This document shows, one piece after another, positions 1-6,214 of a stretch of DNA of 59,493 nucleotides (its first letter is position 1; the number at the start of each line of letters is the position of its first letter). The notes below the pieces were generated by a model, which did not search any database, was not told the origin of the DNA, and worked only from the letters and a program-made list of their open reading frames with translations. Location of the stretch: positions 1 to 59,493 of the forward strand of contig JAUYNJ010000006.1 of the NCBI GenBank assembly GCA_030696105.1, read 5' to 3'. The stretch comes from a bacterium (lineage in GTDB: Bacteria > Patescibacteriota > Patescibacteriia > Patescibacteriales > UBA12465). Both the position numbers and the translations under genes were made by a program.

Positions 1-66
1 ACCACGTAAGACAGTGAGAACTATTTTAGTTTTTTCTTCTTTTGATACTTTGTTGTGTTGGCTCAT
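1..66 (-). CDS. 5' fragment (22 codons) of a gene running off the left edge; possibly an IS3-type transposase OrfA N-terminus
   Basis: ATG at 64-66 (minus), then MSQHNKVSKEEKTKIVLTVLRG. The xEEKxxIVLxxLRG pattern resembles HTH_Tnp_1-type OrfA N-termini. An extended -10-like TGGTATAAT lies at 75-83 (minus). Too short to be sure. Confidence 0.3.
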   Translation of the reverse strand, partial: MSQHNKVSKEEKTKIVLTVLRG

Positions 67-160
67 ATAAGCTTATTATACCACCTCAGAACCAACTTTT
101 TAATGGGTCAAAATGTGTACAGGATTATGGGACCATTATAAATATTAGTTTAGACAAATT

Positions 161-190
161 AAAAACCCTGAAACTTTGTTAGCTTCAGGG
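161..190 (-). terminator. Intrinsic terminator downstream of the 205-aa membrane protein gene
   Basis: Minus strand reads CCCTGAA-N11-TTCAGGG followed by TTTTTAATTT, just after the stop at 211. Confidence 0.5.
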
Positions 191-210
191 GTTAATAATC
201 TACAGACTTC

Positions 211-828
211 TTACATGCTTTTATACTTATTATACAAAATAATAATAGCTAAATAAATTAGAACTGCGCAAAAATTGAATATCTGCAAAGCCCAATTATT
301 TATATAACAAGCATAAATAAACCAGCATAGACCAGTAACAAAAAAAATGACTATAAACTTAATTTCAATTGAGCCAATTGATTTTGTTTTAATTATGGTC
401 AATAACTGTAGCCCCAGAACAATCAAGCTTACTAATAGTAAAGAAAAAATAAAAGTATCTTTTTCTTTTATTACTAAAATAATAGGTATGATTGCAGCTG
501 AAGCGAAAAAAGATAGCCAGTCCAACAATTTCATCTTCTTAAATTTTATAATACCTACAATTACCGGAATACAAGTAATAAACAATAAGCCATTAAAAAC
601 CATAGCTAAACTATTTTTATATATTCCGTAAAAAATAAAGGCGATAAAATAAAAGAAGAATAGAAAGAAAAATGGTGGCGATATCGCCTTGGCAGATTTT
701 TCACGCCAAATTTTCTGGGATTGCTTAATAAAACCGTATCCCTGAAAAATTGAAAACACCATAGTCATCAAAGATGACATTATTAGGAGATTAAAACCCC
801 AATTCTGAAATTCTACAAATTTTTCCAT
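211..828 (-). CDS. Polytopic membrane protein, tentatively PQ-loop/SWEET-like 7-TM
   Basis: 205-aa ORF with about 7 hydrophobic segments. Two loop regions resemble PQ-loop repeats (IFQGYGFIKQSQKIWREKSAKAISPPFF and GLQLLTIIKTKSIGSIEIKF). Very AT-rich. A consensus promoter lies upstream. Confidence 0.55.
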   Translation of the reverse strand: MEKFVEFQNWGFNLLIMSSLMTMVFSIFQGYGFIKQSQKIWREKSAKAISPPFFFLFFFYFIAFIFYGIYKNSLAMVFNGLLFITCIPVIVGIIKFKKMKLLDWLSFFASAAIIPIILVIKEKDTFIFSLLLVSLIVLGLQLLTIIKTKSIGSIEIKFIVIFFVTGLCWFIYACYINNWALQIFNFCAVLIYLAIIILYNKYKSM

Positions 829-879
829 TGCTACATATTTTTTGTTTATGTTTAATTGTTAAAGAAAAGTATCAAAAAA

Positions 880-908
880 AGTATACCATAAGTATACTTT
901 TCTGTCAA
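880..908 (-). promoter_or_regulatory. Sigma70-type promoter TTGACA-N17-TATACT
   Basis: Minus strand has -35 TTGACA (908..903), a 17-nt spacer and -10 TATACT (885..880). Spacer plus -10 form the palindrome AAAAGTATAC-N5-GTATACTTTT. A near-identical copy lies at 2089-2117. Confidence 0.55.
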
Positions 909-1102
909 CAGAGCTCCGCGAACTGGAACTTATTAGAACCTGTTTGATGAAAAAATAGTTTACCCCACCACCTAACTCACTATTGTTTTGAGGTTAAAGT
1001 GGCCCCTGCCCCCCCCTGGGTCCCTGTTGCTTTGATTATATAAAATAATATCTTCCCTACTATAAAAATTAGTTTGGAGAAATTAACAAATATAATTTTA
1101 TA

Positions 1103-1132
1103 AAATAAAAAGGAGATATATTTCAATCTCCT
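1103..1132 (-). terminator. Intrinsic terminator after the interrupted small gene
   Basis: Minus strand reads AGGAGAT-N8-ATCTCCT followed by TTTTTATTTT, 20 nt after the stop at 1152. Confidence 0.5.
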
Positions 1133-1151
1133 GTCTAATAATTTTAATCAT

Positions 1152-1499
1152 TTAGTTCGACGCCCAAAATCCCTGTTTAGGGTTAAAGGTTGAAATAAAA
1201 CATTCAACCCTGGCTTTAGGGTAAAGATCCTTTACACTTTTGCCGACACTTTCGGCAAGATTTTGCCTTACTTCTTCCGTTCTTTCTGGCTTATCATATA
1301 AACCGCCAATCTCCACAATCACTTCTTCCCCTAATCCATATGACATTAAATCAGGAACGAACAAGCAAGTCATTTCATTTTCGCTTTTAAGACCAAGCTC
1401 GGTAATTGACACCACAGCTTTTACAATGGCTTAATGAAGACGATTTAAACTTTCTTCTGTCTGCCCAGCCGGGAGACACCATACTTTAATTACTGACAT
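1152..1499 (-). pseudogene. Small-protein gene (about 115 codons) interrupted by one in-frame TAA at 1431-1433; tentatively a tandem beta-alpha-beta fold
   Basis: AGGAGG lies 6 nt upstream of the ATG at 1497-1499. Translation gives MSVIKVWCLPAGQTEESLNRLH, then TAA. It continues in the same frame as AIVKAVVSITELGL..., which is the track ORF 1152..1415. The track's GTG start has no SD. Confidence 0.55.
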
Positions 1500-1686
1500 T
1501 TTTAACCTCCTTTTTGTAACATTTAAAACTTAAATAAGCGGGAAATAAACCCAATACACCTAATATAATCGCGGCGAATACATCTGAAAACTCTTGCGGG
1601 GTTAATTTGAACCAAAGAATTATATCCACTGCGATTAAGAACATAGCAATCAAGCCATAAACAACAATCATAATTCTGTTTACCAT
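1486..1686 (-). CDS. Small two-TM membrane protein
   Basis: 66-aa ORF with two hydrophobic helices. A strong SD (GGGAGGA) lies 5-6 nt upstream of the ATG at 1686. Confidence 0.6.
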   Translation of the reverse strand: MVNRIMIVVYGLIAMFLIAVDIILWFKLTPQEFSDVFAAIILGVLGLFPAYLSFKCYKKEVKNVSN

Positions 1687-1726
1687 TTTCTAGTCCTCCC
1701 ATTTTTAGTTAAACAATTTTTTTATT

Positions 1727-2041
1727 TCACGATAGAAATCTTACCCAAGCTGATCCAGCCGCAAAACAAAGTATATTGAAAAATGTTACAATAACAAAAT
1801 TTTCAAGCGGCCAGCTCGGTAAATAAAATATCAAACTATGACTTATAATACCCAATACTGTTGGTATATAAGCATCGGCTAATCTTTGCACCTCTCCCAT
1901 CTTTATTATTCTGTAAATTATAAATCCCAGAAATGCCGGGCCAATAAAAGGAATAACAGTACAAATCAAAGCGAAGAAGAAAAACACAAGCCATAATATA
2001 ATTTTAGGCTGGTAAGTCATTTGATAAACTAAATTTCTCAT
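1727..2041 (-). CDS. Small membrane protein (3-4 TM)
   Basis: 104-aa hydrophobic ORF preceded by the consensus promoter at 2089-2117. Confidence 0.55.
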   Translation of the reverse strand: MRNLVYQMTYQPKIILWLVFFFFALICTVIPFIGPAFLGFIIYRIIKMGEVQRLADAYIPTVLGIISHSLIFYLPSWPLENFVIVTFFNILCFAAGSAWVRFLS

Positions 2042-2088
2042 TTTATGAAGTTTTAAAGGTTCGACAATACAATTTTAACTATCAAAAA

Positions 2089-2117
2089 AGTATATCACAA
2101 GATATACTTTTTGTCAA
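2089..2117 (-). promoter_or_regulatory. Sigma70-type promoter TTGACA-N17-TATACT; its AT-rich hairpin plus T-run could also terminate tRNA-Gln
   Basis: Minus strand has -35 TTGACA (2117..2112), a 17-nt spacer and -10 TATACT (2094..2089). The palindrome AAAAAGTATATC-N4-GATATACTTTTT is followed by T-rich sequence, directly after the tRNA-Gln 3' end. Confidence 0.5.
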
Positions 2118-2118
2118 G

Positions 2119-2189
2119 CTCGGGGACATGGATTCGAACCATGATTGATGGCTTCAAAGGCCACTGTCCTACCATTAGACGATCCCCGA
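2119..2189 (-). tRNA. tRNA-Gln (anticodon UUG)
   Basis: Cloverleaf folded by hand: acceptor UCGGGGA/UCCCCGA, anticodon stem GUGGC/GCCAU, loop CU-UUG-AA, T arm CAUGG-UUCGAAU-CCAUG. U1-A72 is typical of bacterial tRNA-Gln. CCA is not encoded. Confidence 0.9.
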
Positions 2190-2200
2190 ATTATGGACTT

Positions 2201-2229
2201 ATCTTAGTAAATTCTCTGGTATTAGTCAA
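2201..2229 (-). promoter_or_regulatory. Candidate promoter for tRNA-Gln
   Basis: Minus strand reads TTGACT (2229..2224), N17, TAAGAT (2206..2201), 11 nt before the tRNA 5' end. Confidence 0.45.
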
Positions 2230-2235
2230 TTCAAG

Positions 2236-2262
2236 CAAAAAGGCGCCCTTTTAGCTGCGCCT
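2236..2262 (-). terminator. Candidate terminator after ftsX
   Basis: Minus strand reads AGGCGC-loop-GCGCCT followed by TTTTTGCTT, 23 nt after the ftsX stop. Confidence 0.4.
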
Positions 2263-2284
2263 GATTGACATTGCGATCAATGTA

Positions 2285-3190
2285 TTAGCGCACATACTTT
2301 CTCACCGCGAAGTAGCTGGCGACGAAAGTAATGAAGAATACCGCTCCAAATTGCGCCCCGAAGATGGGCCAGAAGTTATAGACAAAGTATTCAAGTAAGT
2401 CGACATTGTATCCGGCCAAGAAAACCTCAAGATAGGGCTGCAAGAGGGTCAGAAAGGGATAGAAAATTGCAATCATGATCATTACCGCAACCAGGGCGTA
2501 AATGAAAGCTGAAAACAGGAAGGGCATGTAGACAAAGAAATTCGAGGCGCCAACGAGGCGCATAATCTCAATTTCTTTCTTGTGGGTATAGACGGCGACC
2601 CGGATAGAATTATAGACAACGAGTAAGCTGGTAATAATGAAAATGGCGATGATGATCATGCCAATCTCGTTGACGCGCTGCGTGATGCTCTGAATTTTTG
2701 TAACGATTGAAGAGTTATCAGTGAAGTCACGGGAATCAATAATATCGGAGTCGAGTTGACGCAAGGTATTAATTAGATTGCTGGTATTTTCAAAATTGGC
2801 CGGGACTATGGCTAAACTTGGCGACAAGGGGTTATTACCAAGCTCACGTAAAGACTGAGTAATATCGGGATTATCCTGATAACGACTAGTGAAAACACGC
2901 AAAGCGTCTTGCTTAGAAATATAAGCGACGCTCTTTACTTCCGGCATCGCCACTAAGCGCTCGCGTAGAGCGGTAATATCGTTTTCGGAGGCATCCGGTT
3001 TTAAATATAAACTAATATCAATCTTTTCTTTGACAGCGCGTACCGCGTTGTCACTTACCGCACTCACGGTGAGCATCGTGTTAATGGAAAAAAGAGCGAT
3101 TAGCAGGATAGTGATTGTCACTATCGACAACCAGACATTGCGAGCAATGTCTTGAAAGCTGAATTTAATAATACGAAGAAAAGAAAGCAT
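2285..3190 (-). CDS. ftsX: Cell-division ABC transporter permease-like protein FtsX
   Basis: 301 aa with one N-terminal TM, a large extracytoplasmic loop and three C-terminal TMs. Lies directly downstream of ftsE. Confidence 0.85.
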   Translation of the reverse strand: MLSFLRIIKFSFQDIARNVWLSIVTITILLIALFSINTMLTVSAVSDNAVRAVKEKIDISLYLKPDASENDITALRERLVAMPEVKSVAYISKQDALRVFTSRYQDNPDITQSLRELGNNPLSPSLAIVPANFENTSNLINTLRQLDSDIIDSRDFTDNSSIVTKIQSITQRVNEIGMIIIAIFIITSLLVVYNSIRVAVYTHKKEIEIMRLVGASNFFVYMPFLFSAFIYALVAVMIMIAIFYPFLTLLQPYLEVFLAGYNVDLLEYFVYNFWPIFGAQFGAVFFITFVASYFAVRKYVR

Positions 3191-3199
3191 AAGAATTAT

Positions 3200-3880
3200 T
3201 TATAGCAAATATTTGCCGTGAGCCTTGTCACTAACAATCTGTCCTTTTTCCATAGTCACAACGCGTTTACTCAGGCGATTCACAATGCTTTTATTATGCG
3301 TCACCAGTATCACGGTCGTACCAAACCTATTAATACGCTGTAATAAATCAATAATTTCATCAGCGTTGATGGTATCAAGATTGCCAGTCGGCTCATCCGC
3401 TAACAGCAGACGGGGCTGATGCACAAGTGCGCGCGCAATGGCTGCCCGTTGTTGCTCGCCACCAGAGACTTCGTGCGGATATCGTCCCTGTTTATCTTCA
3501 AGCCCGACAATTTTCATGACGCTCGGCACAATCTTCTTTATTTTCGCATTGCTAGCACCACAAACCTCGAGTGCAAATGCGACATTTTCACGTAAAGTTT
3601 TTTTCGGTAGTAATTTAAAGTCCTGAAAGATAACACCAATTTGACGGCGCAGATATGGTATTTCGTGACGGTTTAAGCGAGTAATATCCCAATCACCAAT
3701 GACGACCTGTCCTTCATCAGCCCGCTCCTCACCAATTAATAATTTAACTACAGTTGTCTTCCCAGCCCCGGATTGACCGACTAAAGAAACAAACTCGCCC
3801 GGCTCAATGCGCAGATTAACATCTCGCAAGACCTGATTATCGCGAGAATATTTTTTTGATACGTGGAGCAAGGTAATCAT
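3200..3880 (-). CDS. ftsE: Cell-division ATP-binding protein FtsE
   Basis: Walker A GQSGAGKTT, ABC signature VSGGEQQR, Walker B LLLADEPT, H-loop VTHN. Confidence 0.9.
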   Translation of the reverse strand: MITLLHVSKKYSRDNQVLRDVNLRIEPGEFVSLVGQSGAGKTTVVKLLIGEERADEGQVVIGDWDITRLNRHEIPYLRRQIGVIFQDFKLLPKKTLRENVAFALEVCGASNAKIKKIVPSVMKIVGLEDKQGRYPHEVSGGEQQRAAIARALVHQPRLLLADEPTGNLDTINADEIIDLLQRINRFGTTVILVTHNKSIVNRLSKRVVTMEKGQIVSDKAHGKYLL

Positions 3881-3884
3881 AGAT

Positions 3885-5459
3885 TTATTTCACAAGCTGC
3901 TTGAGTCCGAAGTTGATTAAGCGCTCATTGTCCTTGAAATTATCATCTTTACTCTGAGCTCCGAAGTTAACAATGATTAAATTACCAAGCGGACTCTCAA
4001 CTCTCGTCATTAAACAGTATCCAGCTTCATCGAGATAACCGGTTTTAGAACCGGTGATATTATAGCCAGCGGAAAGTAAGCCGCTGTTCGTATTTGATAG
4101 GTTGTGTTTTATTTTCTTGTTGATGGTAGTGAAAGAATATCTAACAGTTGAGCTAATTTTTTTAAGTAAAGGATTTTTGAAAATCTCTTTTATCATTATA
4201 GCATAATCAAGAGGAGAACTCACATTCTCCGGTGATAATCCACTCGGTTCAACGAAACGAGTTGAGGTTGCACCCCAAGCTGCCGCCTTTTCATTCATCT
4301 TCGCAATAAATTCATTACGACTTAAACCGCTCACGCGCACCAAACTTTCCACTGCATTGTTGGCTGAGCCAACAAGCGATGCATAAAGCAGGTCTTGAAT
4401 CTTCATTGTCTCCCCGTCAGCAACGCGCAAACGAGCTGACTCCCATGGTTTGCAGTATAGATGATTATATTGCTCATCTTTTATTGAGTAGGCAACTTCA
4501 CGGTCAAGCGACGGATTGGTATCGAGGAATACTTGCGCAGCAACAAGCTTTGTTAAGCTCGCAAGTGGTGCGGTAGTACTAGCATTCTTACCGAAAATAA
4601 TACTGCCGTCGGACTCTCTGATGACAATAGCTGATTTTGAAGACACCGTTACGACGGAGCCAGCTGGCTCAATCTTTTCTTTATCCTTAGCGGTCACTAA
4701 CTTAAGCGGCTCAATTTTAACTTTAATAATGCCGGCTTTGGTTGAGGCAATTTTAGAGAATGCAACAGCATCAAGATCGATAACACGTGAATGGTGTAAC
4801 TTGCGATCTGGGCCGTAATCGTTAATTGTGACATTAACGCTTTTGCCGTTATCAAGATTTGTGACTTTAACTACTGTGCCCTTGGCAAAATCGGGGGAGG
4901 CTGCAAACAGGCCACTTTTAAAGCGATACCAGCTAGCATCACCAACGGTCATAACCTGACTATTAGTGAGGACGGCAATGCGCGCAAACGGAAAATGGAT
5001 ATTAGCACTAACAATTTTTTTGATAGGGTCATCTACCGAAGGAAGTGGGCGCCATCTTTTTTGTCCGCCATCATAGAAAAAAATCTGCTTGTAATCATCA
5101 TTCTTTTCTTCATACTTAAACTCAAGACGGAGAGGCTGCGCGCGGTCATAGGCGACGCCACGATCGGTGAAGTCGAATTGATAAACTGATGTTAAGGGGC
5201 TGTAGTTCCAGGGCGATTCAAATTTAGAGCCCAGGTCATCAATTTTCATAGCTGAGGCCTGCTTTATTGCCTTGGCTGGGAAACTAATCTTTATAGCACC
5301 AGCGCTAGCAGATTGCACTACCCCAGCCTTTAACTGCACAGTGGCGCTAACTGGCGCTGGCGCGGCGATTAAGAGCTCTTCTGCTTTAAGTGTTGCCATT
5401 GGAAAGGCAAAAGCGGTAATAAGGATGGCTACTAATACGGTCTTAATGTATTTATTCAT
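3885..5459 (-). CDS. Secreted fusion of an RlpA-like double-psi beta-barrel domain and a D-alanyl-D-alanine carboxypeptidase (S11)
   Basis: Signal peptide present. RlpA-like region GDASWYRF...VVKVTNLDNGKSVNVTINDYGPD. PBP motifs SLTK (SxxK), SAN (SxN) and KTG. Sits just upstream of ftsE, separated by a 4-nt gap. Confidence 0.85.
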   Translation of the reverse strand: MNKYIKTVLVAILITAFAFPMATLKAEELLIAAPAPVSATVQLKAGVVQSASAGAIKISFPAKAIKQASAMKIDDLGSKFESPWNYSPLTSVYQFDFTDRGVAYDRAQPLRLEFKYEEKNDDYKQIFFYDGGQKRWRPLPSVDDPIKKIVSANIHFPFARIAVLTNSQVMTVGDASWYRFKSGLFAASPDFAKGTVVKVTNLDNGKSVNVTINDYGPDRKLHHSRVIDLDAVAFSKIASTKAGIIKVKIEPLKLVTAKDKEKIEPAGSVVTVSSKSAIVIRESDGSIIFGKNASTTAPLASLTKLVAAQVFLDTNPSLDREVAYSIKDEQYNHLYCKPWESARLRVADGETMKIQDLLYASLVGSANNAVESLVRVSGLSRNEFIAKMNEKAAAWGATSTRFVEPSGLSPENVSSPLDYAIMIKEIFKNPLLKKISSTVRYSFTTINKKIKHNLSNTNSGLLSAGYNITGSKTGYLDEAGYCLMTRVESPLGNLIIVNFGAQSKDDNFKDNERLINFGLKQLVK

Positions 5460-5475
5460 AGAAATAATTGATTAA

Positions 5476-5505
5476 TTGACGAATAAGGCTTCCTTTGCTT
5501 ATAAT
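5476..5505 (+). promoter_or_regulatory. Promoter of the tRNA-Gly/tRNA-Thr pair
   Basis: TTGACG (5476-5481), N18, TATAAT (5500-5505), 11 nt before the tRNA-Gly 5' end. Confidence 0.55.
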
Positions 5506-5516
5506 ATGGAAGTGTT

Positions 5517-5588
5517 GCGGGTGTCGTATAATGGTTATTATGCAAGCTTCCCAAGCTTGAGACGGCGGTTCGATTCCGCTCACCCGCT
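5517..5588 (+). tRNA. tRNA-Gly (anticodon CCC)
   Basis: Acceptor GCGGGUG/CACCCGC, anticodon stem CAAGC/GCUUG, loop UU-CCC-AA, T loop UUCGAUU. The D stem is weak (3 bp). Confidence 0.85.
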
Positions 5589-5594
5589 CATATT

Positions 5595-5670
5595 GCCGAG
5601 ATAGCTCAATTGGTAGAGCAACGGTATCGTAAACCGTAGGTTGTGGGTTCAAGTCCCATTCTCGGCTCCA
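5595..5670 (+). tRNA. tRNA-Thr (anticodon CGU), CCA encoded
   Basis: Acceptor GCCGAGA/UCUCGGC, D arm GCUC-AAUUGGUA-GAGC, anticodon stem ACGGU/ACCGU, loop AU-CGU-AA, T loop UUCAAGU, then U-CCA. Confidence 0.9.
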
Positions 5671-5681
5671 TTTTAATCAAT

Positions 5682-5709
5682 AAAGTCGGCTCGGCCGGCT
5701 TTATTTTTT
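5682..5709. terminator. Bidirectional hairpin terminator between the tRNA pair (+) and the FtsB-like gene (-)
   Basis: AAAGTCGGC-TCG-GCCGGCTTT followed by ATTTTTT. Confidence 0.5.
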
Positions 5710-5717
5710 AACTAATC

Positions 5718-6140
5718 TTATTTTGCGAAATAGCGCCACCACTTTTGCCAATTTGGCGGAGCGATTACCTCCTCGGTTTTTGTAATTTGTACACCGACAG
5801 CGCTCTCAGTGATAACGGCGACAGTTTCTCCAGGACGCTTCAAGCCCATGCTCAGTCGCGCCTGTTCTTCTAGTGACTGGTCAGATTGCAGATAATCGAT
5901 CATCTCCCTTAAGTCACTGTTCTTCGCTTCAAAACTTGCGATTTCTTGCTGTATCCCTTCAATCTCTTTCTCAATCATGCGCTTACGACTATAGCTCTTG
6001 GCGAGCGGCACAAGAATAAGCAGTAGAAAGATTAAAGCAATGATGGCGAAAATACGTTTATCTGCCAACATACGCGCGATAAAAGAGCCTTGCGGGCGTC
6101 GCGTCTGCTTATAACTCGCGATATTTTTATTCTTAACCAT
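5718..6140 (-). CDS. Septum formation initiator (FtsB/DivIC-like) protein
   Basis: 140 aa with a basic N-terminus and a single TM. The coiled-coil region KRMIEKEIEGIQQEIASFEAKNSDLREMIDYLQSD has the typical FtsB/DivIC architecture. Confidence 0.65.
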   Translation of the reverse strand: MVKNKNIASYKQTRRPQGSFIARMLADKRIFAIIALIFLLLILVPLAKSYSRKRMIEKEIEGIQQEIASFEAKNSDLREMIDYLQSDQSLEEQARLSMGLKRPGETVAVITESAVGVQITKTEEVIAPPNWQKWWRYFAK

Positions 6141-6214
6141 AGATACTTAGCGTAGAAATTTTTCATCATCTTCATCATAGCAAAAATGACAAAAAAATGA
6201 AAAATAAAAAGGCA

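Noticed and set aside
75-160. Similarity between ACCAACTTTTTAATGGGT near the left edge and the right-end IS inverted repeat core ACCAACTATTTTTGGGT.
   Set aside because: The match is short and needs a gap. The adjacent transposase fragment has an N-terminus unlike that of the right-end IS. This is probably chance in AT-rich DNA.
909-1102. A tRNA, tmRNA or other structured RNA in the 323-nt gap containing the G/C-rich patch.
   Set aside because: I could not fold a cloverleaf or any extended conserved-looking helix. The apparent arms (CCCCACCACC / GTGGCCCC) are not complementary.
5452-5652. 66-aa minus-strand ORF in the track.
   Set aside because: It lies entirely antisense to tRNA-Gly and tRNA-Thr, both of which fold into good cloverleaves. 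It is a spurious ORF.
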